A stretch of DNA of 64,000 nucleotides. Origin: Hydrurus foetidus (taxonomy: Eukaryota). The position numbers and the translations under genes were made by a program. The stretch lies in NCBI GenBank assembly GCA_900617105.1, contig UYFQ01000723.1:186001-250000 (forward strand). The letters are read 5' to 3'. Within the stretch, counting starts at the first letter, position 1. Each line of letters starts with the position of its first letter. A model generated the notes under the pieces. It did not search any database, was not told the DNA's origin, and worked only from the letters and a program-made list of their open reading frames with translations. Shown piece by piece: positions 39,092 to 54,246 of the stretch.

Positions 39092-42000
39092 TTATAAACC
39101 AACACTAAGACCAAAAGTAACAATTCTTGGAGTATATGGACGTAATTGGTCTACCCCAAATCCGATATTTGTATTACCTCCAGAATTAGCTTCTGGATCT
39201 ATTCCTGAATATTTAGTAATTGTATATAGATTTTGTCCCCTAATATAAATTCTAAGTTTAGACAATTTAAGTTTAGACAATACAGACTTAGGCAAAGAGT
39301 AACCCAATTGTACATTTCTAATACGCACAAAGTCACCTTTCTCTAACCAACGAGTATTAGCATTCGCTGTCCAAAGTTATCACCATAATACAAACGAGTA
39401 ACATCTGTTTGTTGTCCAGGGTTGTCCATGCATTTAAAATATCAGTAGTTTTATTTCTTAAATTGTTGTAATTGAATAGTGTAACTTTGTACTGTTGTAC
39501 AAATAAAGTCAAAAATATTGTAAATCCACTGTTAAATCAAAGTTACGATACTTGAAATTTTGAGAAAATCCACCGAAAACTTAGGATAGGGTGTTTTTAT
39601 TGTCAATAACACGGTCAGTAGCAGAAATAGCAGAAGTAATGCTTTTATCTGATACTAATGTCCAACGTTGAAACAACTTGAGAAAAATCATACTGTTTAG
39701 CTACGCCATTAGCATCGAAGAATGTTGGCAATCCATTTTCAGGATTTACACCAGCCCATCTTATAAGATATGCTGCACCTAAATCATAATCTTTCTTAGC
39801 GATACCATATCCACTAGTTGTTTGGTCGTTGTTATCGTTAATTTGTAACACCTTAGATTTATTACTAGCTATGTTAAAGCTAACATCCCAAGAAAAATTC
39901 TTTGTAGTTACTATTGGAGCATTCACAGTCAACTCTATACCAGAATTTCTTATTTGACCAATATTTTGAGTTAAAGATCCACCAAGACCAGCCTGAGTAA
40001 TAATTGGATTATTAAAACTAAATCAATTGATTTTTTATCATAGTAGTCGAATGTAATATTTATTTTTGTTTAATACCAAATCAAATCCTGCATCAAATTG
40101 TGCTGTTTTCCCATCTTAATGAAGAGTTACCAGCATTTCCAAGTTGCAATCCACTTAAATCAGAATACTGAGATGAAGAAAGATTGTGCATAACCGAAGT
40201 CTCAATATTAAATTTCCACTGACTCCGTAGCTAACTCTTAATTTCAAGTCAGAATATGTCTTAATTTAGACATAAATTTTTTCGTCTGAAATTCTCCAAG
40301 AAACAGCTCCTGCGGGAAATTACCCCATTTATTATCTGGGCCATAACCAGAGAAAGCATCTCTTCTAACTGTAAAACTTGCATTGTACTTTCCTGCATAA
40401 CCATAGTTAAAAGTAGCAAACAATGAAGCTAACCTGTTATTTATATCACCAGTAGGTGTTGAATTTTCAGCAACAATGGTACCCCAATTATTATTGTTAA
40501 GTGTAAAAGAAAGTTGGATCGTTTTGACCAATTCCACCAACATAAGACCATAAGCCTTTAGCTCTTGTGTATTCATTTCCTAATAAAACATTCACACTAT
40601 GTTTTCCAAATTGGTTCGCATAATTTAAAGTATTAACCCAATCCCATCTAGATTGTTCAGAATAAACTGTTTGTGCAACACCTCCAAAACCAGAGCCATC
40701 ACCGACTAAAAGGATTCCAAAATTGTTTTGTCCAAGCACTTTGATAGTCAACGGCAACTTGGCTTTAATTTTAAATTTCTTTAAAATTTCAACTCACCAT
40801 AAGTTGAACCTATAAATCTGCTTGAAGATCTGTTATCAAAATTAAGTCTTTGCACAGCAATTGGGTTAGGTGTACCTGTAGTGATTGAGTTTCCACCATC
40901 TCCCAAATAATAATCAGAAGGACTAGTTGGATCATAAATAGGAATGTTTGGAGCTGCAGTCAATGCTCCAAAAGGAAAGCCAGATAAAGCACCACCAGTT
41001 CTGAACCTAAGCCTTTAGAATTTGTTTTTGAAAACTGAGTCTTAACTCCAATTTCTAAGTTGTCGGTAACTTTTGATGTGATATTAACACGAGCTGCACC
41101 TCTGCTTTGTTTATTAGCAGTTATATAGTTTTCATAATCGTTATAGCTTAAAGAACCATAAAGATTCATTTTCGCAGTTCCGCTACTCACAGAAACTTGA
41201 TGATTTTGAGTAAACCCTTGCTTGTATGATGCCTTTGCCAATCAGTATTCACTACATCCAATACACCATCTCCATCATAATCTCCATAAGCAGCAGCATC
41301 TCCCAGAGTAGCATTACTTCTTAGTTTATTGATAGTAGTATTATATTGTTCTGCATTTAAAACAGTCATTTTATTTGCGGGATTTACAAAACCAGCGTAT
41401 GCATCATAGGTAACGTTGGTAGAACCAGCTTTACCTTTTTTGTTGTAATAATAAGTACACCAGCAGCTCCACGAGAACCGTATATAGCTGTAGCGGCAGC
41501 ATCTTTTAAAACGTCCATACTTTCAATATCAGCAGGGTTTAAATCTGCAAGTGCATTAGAAGGGTTATAAAGCTGACCGATCACCACTTACTAATGGAAC
41601 ACCATCAAGAATAATCAAAGGGCTTGATCCAGAACTAATAGATGAAGTTCCTCTAAGTCTCATTACAACATTATCACCAACTAATCCAGATGATGTATTT
41701 ACTTGAAGTCCAGCTACTTTACCAGTTACGTTTTGATCAAAACTTAAAGTTGGTTTATTTTCAAAAACTTCCGCCTTAACAACTGCTGAAGAAGCAGGAT
41801 TAGTTTTCTTAGAAGTTATTTGATAGCCACTATTAACAGTAACTTCATCAATAGATTCACCACCAGATGCAATCATTTTGACAGACACAGAACCGGAAGA
41901 TGGTATAGAAACAGTCTGTAACTTTAATCCAATACCAGAAATTGTTAAAGATTTCACACTTGACGGTACTGAAAGTGTAAAAGTACCATCTGCACTTGTG

Positions 42001-42148
42001 CTTGTTCCCTTGGTCGAACCAGCTTTACGGTTGCACCGCCTACAGGAACTCCTTTTTCGTCAGTAACTTTACCTGTTACAGTACGATTCTGAGCCCAAAC
42101 CGAGCAACAGAAAAGGAAAACATTAGAAAAGTCGTAAAGTTTTCTCAT
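39092..42148 (-). CDS. SusC/RagA family TonB-dependent transporter
   Basis: [59 protein letters not shown]. Confidence 0.95.
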
Positions 42149-42282
42149 ATCGTGTTTTAAATTAAAAATTAAGTTTGCAATAATAAGACAAAGTTTTAAC
42201 ATTTTGTTGCATCATTTAACATAAATTTATTATTTAATTTTAAAATATTGATTTTCAATAAATAATTCGTCAATTTTACCTT

Positions 42283-43410
42283 ATGAAACGATACGATTAT
42301 ATCCTTTGCGGTGCCGGCTGTGCAGGTTTAACATTTTATATGAAATAATTTCGTATAGAAAATTAAAACTAAAAATATTGGTAATTGATAATAGCCCAAA
42401 GAATCAAATGACAGAACCTGGTGCTTTTGGGATGATAATAAATCAAGCTTAAAAACATTATAAAACACCAATGGAATCAACTAAACTTTAGAGAAGACAA
42501 TTTTGAAAAGAAGTTATTTATAAACCCTTACATATATAATATGATTAACGGGTTAGATTTTTATCAATACATTTTAACGATGTTATCTAACCATAATAAC
42601 ATTGAAATAAAGCAAGAAAGTATACTTAGTATTGAAAACAATGAAAATGGAGTTAGGTTAAACTTCTACTGAAATATATCTAACAGAATATGCTTTCAAC
42701 TCTATCATTTTCGACAAAAAACTCTTGAAACTAAAACAGTTTGTTGCAACACTTCAAAGGTATCGAGATTGAAACAGTAAACAATGTTTTTAATCCCGAT
42801 GAAGCTACTTTTATGGACTTCTCAATTAGTCAAGAAAAAGACACAAGTTTATGTATGTATTACCAACTGCAAAAATAAAGCTCTAATAGAATATACTCTC
42901 TTTACAAAGAATATTTTAGAACAAAAGATTATGATGCTGTTTTAGAGGATTACATCAAAACAAACTAGGAATTAAAGAATACAAAATTAAACACATAGAG
43001 TTTGGAATTATCCCTATGACAGATTACAAATTCAAAAGATTCTATGGAAATATAATTAATCTTGGCACAGCAGCAGGATGTGTTAAACCTAGTAGTGGCT
43101 TTGCTTTTAGTTTTATTCAAAGGCATACAAAACAAATTGTAGCATTACTTGCACAGGGTAAAAGCCACATATTAAAGAACTTTTACAGATAAAAATTCCA
43201 CCTTTACGATTCTGTGCTACTTGAAGTGATAGTTCAAAATAAAATGCTTGGAAGTGAAATTTTGCAAACATTTTCAAGAAAAATTCGCCTCAACTTGTTC
43301 TAAAATTCTTAGATAATCAAACTAATATTTGGGAAGACTTAAAATTATGGCTAGTGTGCCAACAAAGATTTTTACCTATAGCTTTGAAGAAAATATTTAC
43401 TTTAAAATAA
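42283..43410 (+). CDS. crtY: Lycopene beta-cyclase family protein
   Basis: YDYILCGAGCAGL, NDRTWCFW, LQHFKG, FMDF, ALIEYT, EFGIIPM, KPSSGFAF. Confidence 0.82.
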
Positions 43411-44331
43411 TGTCTAAAATATTAACACTCACCCTTAATCCCTGCATAGATAAAACCATATGGGTTGAAAAGCTGATTCCTGAAAAAAATTAAAGGTAAG
43501 CATCACGAAGATGAACCTGGTGGTGGTGGTATTAATGTGTCTAGAGCAATTAATTTTCTTGGAGAAAATAGCAAGGCCGTTTTTTAATGGTGGCTATACT
43601 GGTTCATATTTTTTGAAGTTATTAGATGGTGAAAATATTATTTACACAGAATCTCGAATTATTGGGGATACAAGAACAAATCTGATGCTTATTGATGAAA
43701 GCAATCTTTTAGAATATAGAATTGGAATGGAAGGGCCAGAAATTTCAGCATCAGAAGCAGAGAACCTATTGAACATTATTAAGCAACAGTCTAACTATGA
43801 ATTTTTAGTAGCAAGTGGCAGTTTACCCAAAGGAATTTCTAATGATTTTTATGCCGAAGTTGCTGCTATTGTTGCATCTCATAATGCAAAATTTGTTTTA
43901 GATACATCGGGCACTGCATTACAAAAGCCCTTCAGCAAAGCTATTTTACTGAAGCCAAATCTTAACGAATTAAGTTTGCTTTGTGGCATTAGTGAAGATG
44001 CAAGCATTGGCGATATTATACAAACCACCAAACAGCTGCTGAACAAAATAAACTGTTCTGTAATTGTAGTTTCACTTGGTGCTAGTGGTGCCATATTAGT
44101 TACAGAAATTGAAACACATCACATACCACCAAAGTTGAAGTAAAAGCACAGTTGGTGCTGGTGACTCAATGGTTGCAGGTATGACAATTGCTTTATCAAA
44201 AATCTATCTTGGAGAAGTACTGCAATATGGAATTGCGTGGCACAGCTGCTACATTAAATAGTGGTAGAGGATTATGCAAGCCGATTGATGTAGAAAGATT
44301 ATACAAGGAACTTCTAAATAACAAATCGTAA
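43410..44331 (+). CDS. 1-phosphofructokinase-family hexose kinase (PfkB)
   Basis: TLTLNPCIDK, EPGGGGINVSR, ASGSLP, LKPN, STVGAGDSMVAG. Confidence 0.88.
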
Positions 44332-44368
44332 TGTGCTATTCAGTTGATACTTTTATCTTCGCCACATT

Positions 44369-45556
44369 ATGCAGCAATTAAATAACGAACAACTCATTCG
44401 AGCAGCTCAACAGTATGGAACACCACTCTATGTTTATCACAGCGAAAAATTACAGAACAATATCAAAGTTAAAAGCAGCTTTTACAAACCTAATACTAAG
44501 ATTTTCTTTGCTTGTAAAGCCTTAACTAATATCAGCATATTAAACCACATTAAAATATTGGTTGCAACATTGATTGTAGTAGCATTAACGAAGTAAAACT
44601 TGCTATACACGCTGGATTTGAAACAAAAACATTCTTTACACAAGTAATGGAATTGCTTTTAGTGAAATAGAAGAAGCAAAAATTTAGGCGTAAATATTAC
44701 TATTGATAGCCTTTCAAATTTGGAAAAATTTGGAGCAAAATTTGGCAACTCCTACCCTCTTAGTTTAAGAATTAGACCCAACATAATGGGTGGTGGAAAT
44801 CTGCAAATCTCAACTGGTCACGATGAAAGTAAATTTGGTATTCCAGTTACTCAATTACATCAAATTTACAAACAGTTCAGCAATACAACATCAATGTTGA
44901 AGGCTTGCATATTCATACAGGAAGCGACATTGAGGATATTGAGGTTTTATTAGAGGAATAGAAGTTCTATTTGAAATACTACATCACTTTCTAACCTTAA
45001 ATTTATTGATTTAGGCAGTGGCTTTAAGGTAAAATATAAAGAGGCTGATAAACCAACAGACATTAACTTATTGGCACAAAAATTACGAAGATTTTGAAAA
45101 TCATCCTGCTGCTAAAGATTTAGAAATCTGGTTTGAACCGGCAAATTTTAGTTAGTGAATCTGGCTATTTTATTACTCAAGTTAATGTCATAAAACACAA
45201 TGAGGAAGCAATTTTATTGGTATTGATAGTGGTTTTAATCATTTAATTCGACCAATGTTTTATGGCTCTTATCACACTATAAAGAACATTAGCAATCCTT
45301 TGGGAGAAGCAAAAGAATATGCAGTAGTTGGCAACCTTTGCGAAACAGATACTTTTGCTTGGCAACGAAAATCGAAGAAACAAAAGAAGGTGATTATTTG
45401 TGTTTCTATAATGCAGGTGCTTATGGTTTTGAAATGAGTAGCAATTTTAACAGTCGTTTTAAACCAGCAGAAGTATTATTTAAAAATAATGAACCATATT
45501 TGATAAGAAAAAGAGATGAATTTGAAGATTTATTAAAGAACCAGATTTTATTATAA
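44369..45556 (+). CDS. lysA: Diaminopimelate decarboxylase
   Basis: YGTPLYVY, FACKA, STGH.ESKFG, HIHTGS, DLGSG, GNLCETD, AGAYG..MSSNFNSR. Confidence 0.94.
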
Positions 45557-45614
45557 ATTTTATATTAGTTAAATAAATTCAAAATTTATAATCCAAAATT
45601 CAAAATAATGTTAA

Positions 45615-46385
45615 GTGATTGAAATAAAAACATAAAGAAACCTTTGGAGACAAAACAATTTTGCAAGACATCTCTGCTGTTTTCAAACAGGAAAATGCAA
45701 TTTAATTATTGGGACAAGTGGTAGCGGAAAAACTGTTTTAACTAAATGTATGGTTGGTTTGTTTCAGCCAGATTTAGGAGAAATTTTATATGATGGAGAA
45801 GATATGCTTTCAATGGATAAAGCCACCAGAAAATCACTTCGCCAGCAAATTGGAATGTTGTTTCAAGGCTCTGCATTATTTGATAGTATGACTGTTGAAG
45901 ACAATATCAAGTTTCCTTTGGATATGTTTACAGATTGGACTTATGCAAAAAAATAGAACGTGTAAATGAAGTTTTAGCAAGAGTAAATTTAAAAGATACT
46001 AACAAAAATTTCCAGCTGAAATTAGTGGTGGTATGAAAAAAGTGGAGCATTGCAAGAGCCATTGTTCTTAATCCAAAATATCTTTTTGTGATGAACCCAA
46101 TAGTGGACTTGACCCACAAACATCATTGTTGATAGACAAACTAATTAAAGATATTACCACAGAATTTAACATCACGACCATTGTTGTTACTCACGATATG
46201 AATAGTGTAATGGAAATTGGTGACAACATTGTTTATCTTCATCAAGGTAAAACAATGGGAAGGAAACAATAAAGAAATTATTTTAGCAAGGATGAACTGC
46301 TGAATAATTTCATTTTGCATCAGAGTTTTGCAAGATGCAAAGCAATGAGAATGATGGAAGCAGAGGGTAAAATTTAAACACATAA
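45615..46385 (+). CDS. ABC transporter ATP-binding protein, MlaF-like
   Basis: GTSGSGKT, IGMLFQGSALFDSMTV, ISGGMKK, CDEP.SGLDP, VTHD. Confidence 0.88.
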
Positions 46386-46412
46386 GCAATTTATCGTCAT
46401 AAAATAATTCAA

Positions 46413-46988
46413 ATGAAACGTATACTATCATTCATTTTCATACTACTTCCTGCTATTGCATTTTGCAACCTTCAAAAGACACATCAGCTCCATATTTTAA
46501 AAACAATGGATATCCAGATATCAAATTATTATTAACTGATAGCTCTACGATTTTTTACAAAGCAAATTTGCCAAAAGATAAAACAGTTGTTCTTATTTTC
46601 TTTTCTCCAGACTGTGAACATTGCCAACATACAGTAAAAGAAATGATTCCAAAAATGGATAGTCTCTCTAATCTTTTTATGGTTTGGAATGGACCAAGTT
46701 ATATGCCCTAGAACAAGACAGAGAGTTTTATACTCAATATCATTTAGCAGATTATAGCAATATTGTATTAGGTAAAGAAATGAGTTATTTTATGCCTTTG
46801 CATTATAGAATTGAAATCACTCCTTATGCTGCTGTTTATAAAATGGCAAGTTTTTACAGAATTTAGAAAGGAATTGAGTTAGAGGATTTAATAGCAATTG
46901 CTAATAACACCTATGTTATTCCACCTGTTTTAATTGAAACAACTCCAGCAAAAAGAAGGCTAAGAAAGCAAGGAAAAAACAAAAATAA
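46413..46988 (+). CDS. Thioredoxin-fold (redoxin) protein
   Basis: FFSPDCEHCQ. Confidence 0.75.
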
Positions 46989-47054
46989 AAATCTTACCAT
47001 TTGCTTGTAGTTTTGCATCGCAAAATTATTCTCTTAAATCATAAAACATTTTCA

Positions 47055-47980
<926 letters not shown>

Positions 47981-47996
47981 AATTTAGTTCTACTAT

Positions 47997-48037
47997 AAAT
48001 ACAAAACCCTTCAAATATTTTGGAGGGTTTTGTATTT
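47997..48037 (+). terminator. Terminator after mdh
   Basis: AAATACAAAACCCTTCAAA...TTTGGAGGGTTTTGTATTT. Confidence 0.8.
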
Positions 48038-48174
48038 AATGTTATCATTTTGGTAAATACGAATTATTACATTTTTTCTGCTCACATCACCAATAAATAC
48101 CCTTTATAAATTTTTCATATATAAATACCAACGAGTTTGGTTTTATTTGCATCACTAAATAAAACTATCGTTCA

Positions 48175-49480
48175 ATGAAAAAATGGTATTGCCAGTTTTA
48201 GCCCTATGTTTTGCATCTACAGCAACAATGGCTCGGGCTCTAAAATCAAGTTCGAGAAATATACTTTACCCAATGGGTTAAAAGTTATTCTGCATCAAGA
48301 CAAAACAGCTCCACTGGTAGCTGTAACAGTATTGTATCACGTTGGCTCTAAAACGAGGATACTGGTCGCACAGGATTTGCCCACTTCTTCGAACATCTAT
48401 TGTTTGAAGGCAGTGAGAACATCAAACGTGGCGAGATTGATCGGTATGTTAAAAATGCTGGTGGTACATTAAACGCAAACACTACACAAGACAGAACATT
48501 TTACTACGAATTAGTTCCATCAAACCAAATGAATCTAGGTTTATGGTTAGAGAGTGAAAGAATGTTGCACGCTAAAATCGAACAAATTGGAGTGAATACA
48601 CAACGTGAAGTTGTGAAAGAAGAAAACGTCAACGCAACGATAACCAACCTTATGGTTCTTTACTTCAAGAAACTTTTAAACGATGCTTTTAAGTACATCC
48701 TTATCGTTGGCAGCCAATAGGCAGTATGGATCATTTAAATCAAGCTTCATTGCAAGAGTTTATTGATTTTTATAAAACTTATTATGTACCTAACAATTGT
48801 GTTTTATCAATTGCTGGAGACATCAATATTGACTCTGCAAAAACAAATCACAGCTTATTTTGCAGATATACCTCGTGGTACAAAACCTTTATATAAACCA
48901 AATATTGCTGAACCTGCTTTGGGTGGTGAAGTTAGAGATGTTATTGAAGATAATGTGCAATTGCCATTATTGCTTCAAGCATACAGAACTCAAAACAAGG
49001 CACTGATGATTACTATACTTTTAATGTATTATCTACCTTGCTTTCTGCTGGTCAAAGTGCAAGAATGACAAAAGCATTGGTTAACAAATCTCAATTAGCA
49101 TTACAAGCTGGTTCATTTCCTTACGCCTTAGAAGATGCTGGATTATTTATCACGTATGCGTTACCAAATATGGGCAATTCTGTTGAAGCTCTTGAAAGTT
49201 CGATGGATTCTATTATGAACGATTTGAAAGTTACACTTGTGAGAAAAAGAGTTTCAAAAAGTAAAGAATCAAATAGAAAGCGATTTTGTTCAAAAAATGA
49301 ATCAATGGCTGGTATTGCTGAAAGTTTAAATTAAAAAACCTATTTTGGTGATGCAAACTTGATTAATACAGAGATTGAAAAATTTAGAAAAGTAACTCGT
49401 GAAGATTTGCAAGCAGTTGCAAAAAATATTTGAATAAAGACAATAGAGTGGTGCTTACTTACGTACCAAAGAAGAAGTAG
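48175..49480 (+). CDS. M16 zinc peptidase, catalytic subunit
   Basis: YHVGSK, GFAHFFEHLLFEGS, NANTTQDRT, LWLESERM. Confidence 0.92.
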
Positions 49481-49530
49481 TTAGCTATTAGTTTTCAAAT
49501 AAAACAATCATAATTAATAATAAAATAGTA

Positions 49531-51594
49531 ATGAAAAATAATTTTCAAATCTTCAAATTTTCAAATCTTGTAATGGCAGTCCTTACTCCATTTGCATTAT
49601 TTGCACAAGTAGATAGAACACACGCCCCAAAACCAGGACCAGCACCAATTGTAAAGGTTGGTAATCCTGCAACATTTGTTTTGCCAAATGGCTTAAAAGT
49701 ATATGTTGTTCAAAACAGTAAACTACCAAAGTTACAGCATCATTGTCTCTAGATTATGACCCAATTATTGAAGGCAGTAAAGCTGGATATACCGAAATTG
49801 CTGGCTCTTTAATGGGCGAAGGCACTAAAACAAAATCAAAAGATGTATTGGATGAAGAAGTAGATTTTTAGGTGCAGATCTTAACACCACTGCAACATCT
49901 GCAAGTGTAAATGCACTAAGTAACAACTTTACAAAAGCATTTGCTTTAATGGCTGATGTGGTGTTGAACCCTGCTTTTCCAAAAGATGAGTTTGAAAAAT
50001 TAAAAAGAGAACACTTTCTAGTTTGCAAACAAAAAAGATGACCCAAATGCAATCTCTACAACAGTTTTGCATAGAATAATGTATGGCTCTAAACATCCTT
50101 ATGGCAGAAACAGAAACAGACAAAACTGTAGAAAAAGTAACCATTGAAGATGTAAAAATACTATAGCACTTATTGGAAACCAATATTGCTTACTTAGTTT
50201 TGTAGGGACATTACACCTGCAAATGCACAAAAATTAGCTACACAATATTTTGGCAAATGGCAACGTGGTATTGTTCCAAAATTTACATATCCAGTACCAC
50301 AAGCTCCAGCAAAACTATTGTAGCAATTGTTGACAGACCATCAGCTGTGCAAAGTGTTATTACCCTGCTGCACCAGTTCAATTAAAGCCAGGTTCTGAAA
50401 TGCTATTCCTGCAAGAATCTTAAGTAATATTTTAGGGAGGTGATTTATCCAGCAGATTGAATACAAACCTTAGAGAAAAACACGCTTTCACTTATGGTGC
50501 TTATGGTGGTATCAATAGTGATAAATTAGTTGGTTCTTTTAATGCAGAAACATCTGTAAGAAACGAAAAACTGATAGTGCTATTCGGGAGTTTTTGAACG
50601 AATTTAACAAGATTAAAAGAGCCTGTTACTGCTTTAGAATTAAGTTCAATGAAAATTCTTTGACAGGAAGTTTTGCTCGTTCTTTAGAGCAACCAAGCAC
50701 TATAGCTAGCTTTGCTTTAAATGTAGCTCGCTATAATTTACCTAAAGATTATTATCAAAATATTTGTCAAATCTCGCTGCTGTAAATGTTGGTACAGTTC
50801 AACAAGTAGCTAACAAATACATCACTCTAACAACTTATACATAGTTATTGTTGGCAGTGCAAAAGAAGTAGCTAAGGATTAGAAATATGGCGAAGTAAAG
50901 TATTATGATATGGATGGTAATGAAACAAAAGCTCCAACAAACAAGGCTGTTGATGCATCTGTTACAGGAGAAAGTATCATTAAAAATTCATTACTGCAAT
51001 TGGTGGAGACGCTGCAATATCAAGCTTGAAAGATTTGGATATGAGTGGCACTTCAAAAATTGAAGGTGCACCAATGGATTTTGCTTTCAATCAAAAATAT
51101 GTTTTGCCTAAACATTTTCAATGAGTATGACTGCTGGACCAATGGTGTTATTTTCTCAGTCAGCAAAAGATGGTGTTTATGCAAAATCTCAACAAGGACA
51201 GAATGTTCCAGTTGAAGAAGATGAAAAAGAAGAGTTAGACGAAGAAGCATATTTTGTAAATGAAGTTTATTATCAAAAATAGTTATACCTATACTGTAAA
51301 AGGTATTGAGGCTGTTGATGGTAAAGATGCTTATGCAGTTGAAGTTAAATCTGCAAAAGGAAGAATATTTACAAACTACTATGATGTAGAAACAGGGCTA
51401 AAAGTTAAAAACTCTCATATTGAAGATGCTGGACCACAAGGCAAAATGAATATGTACACTACTTTGGCAATTACAAGACTTTTAATGGAGTTCAAATGCC
51501 TACTGAGATTGTATCTTTTGTTGGTGTTAAAATTCTATGTCTATAAAAGATGTTAAAAGTAAACACAGGTTTAAAATCTGAGGATATTAAATAA
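49531..51594 (+). CDS. M16 family non-catalytic subunit with C-terminal extension
   Basis: FVLPNGLKV, no HxxEH seen, NLREKHAFTYG; signal region contains (TTTTCAAA)-type repeats. Confidence 0.85.
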
Positions 51595-51612
51595 AATAAT
51601 TTTTAAATGATT

Positions 51613-51648
51613 CAAAAATCCCGATACAAACAAGTATCGGGATTTTTG
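51613..51648 (+). terminator. Terminator
   Basis: CAAAAATCCCGATAC...GTATCGGGATTTTTG. Confidence 0.8.
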
Positions 51649-51730
51649 TTTATCTTGAATAGTTACCTTGTGAAAATTTATTTTTGATTTTGCAACTATT
51701 AAGATAATAACAACGTCTAATAATATTGTG

Positions 51731-52295
51731 ATGCTACTGTAGCTTTTGAAGTCAATACAATTCATATTAAAAAAGTGTCTTAAAAAGATAGAATTAGCCA
51801 GCAATGGATATATGAAAACTTCTATGCTTATGCTTTAAAATAGCTTTTAGATATTCTGACTCATATCAAGATGCTACTTGTATTGTTAACGATGCTTTTG
51901 TTAAAATGTTTACATCGCTGCATCAATTTAATTTAAATGATACTGAACAAGCTACAGAAGCAAGATTTAAAGGATGGTTAGGTAGAATGGTTATTAATAA
52001 AGCTATTGATCATTACAGAAGCAACAACAATAAAATAGTGTTTCAAAATTTTGAAGATGATGTTTATGAGATTGTAGATGAAAGTTCAAATGCAGATACA
52101 CTTTTGATGTATAAAGAAATGATGCAGTATTTAAAAGAACTGCCAATGAATTATCAACTTGTTTTTAATATGCACTTAATCGATGGATATACACACGCAG
52201 AAATTGCAACAATTTTAAATATGAATGAAGGAACATCAAAGTCGAACCTTTATAGAGCAAAACAAATGTTACAAGAAAAATTATCTGTTTTTTAA
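51731..52295 (+). CDS. ECF sigma factor
   Basis: VNDAFVK, FKGWLGRMVINKAIDHYR, GYTHAEIA.IL...EGTSKSNLYRAK; start approximate. Confidence 0.9.
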
Positions 52296-52309
52296 GCAAA
52301 TAAATAGTT

Positions 52310-53704
52310 ATGAAAGAAGATAATAGCGAATTTGAAAATCTATATAAAAAGCAGCTGATTTTCCGCTGAAGACTGATAATGCAGATTGGCAGTCTGTGTT
52401 ATCTGCACTAGAAAAAGAGGATAAAGAAATCTTTCTTTATTAATAAAAGGTTCTGACACTTTCTATGCTCCTCCTTTTAGTTTCTTTTTATATATCAATA
52501 CCCTGTTAAACCATAGCAACAATACATCAAATAATTTTAGTGAAAAAAAAACAAACTGTAAAACCAGAAGAAGATTTTACAACAACAAAATTCTAAACTA
52601 AAACAAGAAATAACAGATGCAGTTTATAAGAGAATTTACGACTCAATAAGCACTCAGAAAAGCAAAGTGATAGCAATATTGCAGAGGCCAAAATCAAGAG
52701 CATCTGATATTAAAAAAGAAACAACCTTGATAATATCAAGACAAATTACACAAGTAATAACATCGCTTTTAATACATCAAAACAACAAAAATTAAAATCT
52801 ATAAATATCAAAAAAGTAGTTCAAAAAGTAGTTGATAAAGCATATACAACATCAAATAAAGATTTTAACGATTGGGCCGTTAATTCAAAATCACCTCAAA
52901 ATGAATCAAGTAAAGCATTTCAAAGCAAAAAATGAATTTTCATCTAACAGTGATAATAAAGAAATAAATCAATTTAATCCTACAATAAATAATACTAATT
53001 CTGACACAACATTTGCTGTAAGAAGTGAATCTATTTTAAAACCAATAAGTACAATGATTTTATAGATAGTTTAAAGCCTGTAGCATCTAGTCCAAAAATT
53101 GACAAGTACTTTTGATAAGTATTTTTATTTTGGTGCTTTATATGCTTTGATAATACTTGAAAAAATGAAAGACATAGTAATGAGAAGGGTGAAAACTTTG
53201 GAATATCATTATTACTTGGGTATAAAATTTCTCCCAAAATAAGCATTGAAACAGGCATAGCATTTCAAAATAAAGAATACTACTCTAGTGGAAATTATTT
53301 TAACAAATCAATACTTGGTGCTACTAGCAATGTTAGTGGAATAGAAGCTGAGAATAGTTTTATAGAAGTTCCTCTTGCATTAAAATATGATTGGTTGAAT
53401 AAAAAGCAACATAACATTTTCACAACAATTGGTTTGTCATCGTATTTTGTTAATAAAGAAAAATATGAGTATGATGAAAGAAATTGCAGGAATTTATAAC
53501 AAACAATTTGTAGAATTTTCTACTGTTACAACCAATTTATTTGCTACTTGCAATTTTAGTTTTGGTTATCAATTTAATTTAAAAGCTAGGTAGTTTAAGA
53601 GTTCAACCTTATATCAATCTTCCTTTAAAAGGGCTTGGGAAAAGTCAAGAATATCTAGTGAGTAAAGGAATCAACATTGATGGATTTACAATTTCAATAA
53701 ATAA
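52310..53704 (+). CDS. Anti-sigma-like protein with C-terminal outer-membrane beta-barrel
   Basis: EFENLY..DWQSV, TM, long N/K-rich linker, GISLLLGYK..SIETG, IEVPLALKY. Confidence 0.6.
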
Positions 53705-53732
53705 GATTTAATAATTAAAACAAGCGGCAACT

Positions 53733-54141
53733 ATGGACAGAAAAGCATTTTTAGTACAATTGGTTTTGGTGCAGCATTTGCACTAACAGCAGGTTGTTTG
53801 GGTTTTGTAAAAGGCAGCAGTTACCCAAAGTGGTCCAGTAGATTTTACTGTTGACTCTAACCGATGCAGCAATGCAGCACTTGCAAACAATGGTGGGTTT
53901 ATCAAAAAACACTTGTGTTATTGCAAAACAAATACTGGCACTTATGTAGCAGCAACTCAAATTTGTAGCCACGAGGGCAAAACGCAAGTTACTTATGATG
54001 GCACCAATAATCAATGGTATTGCACTGCCACGTAGTGCAAGATTTAATATCACTGGTGGTGGATTGAATAGCAATGGTTCTGGTGGATTAACAATTTATA
54101 AAACACAATTAAGTGGCACAATTCTTAGAGTTTATTCATAA
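53733..54141 (+). CDS. Rieske [2Fe-2S] lipoprotein
   Basis: MDRKAFL Tat-like start, AGC, ICSHEG, then WYCT.(H) with a frameshift. Confidence 0.8.
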
Positions 54142-54246
54142 TTGATAAGTCTAAAATACTGTCGATTACGTAATTAAATTTACATTAATCATATTTGTAT
54201 AAAAGCATATCCTCTTACATTCGGAAAATTTTTGAAAAAACAATAA

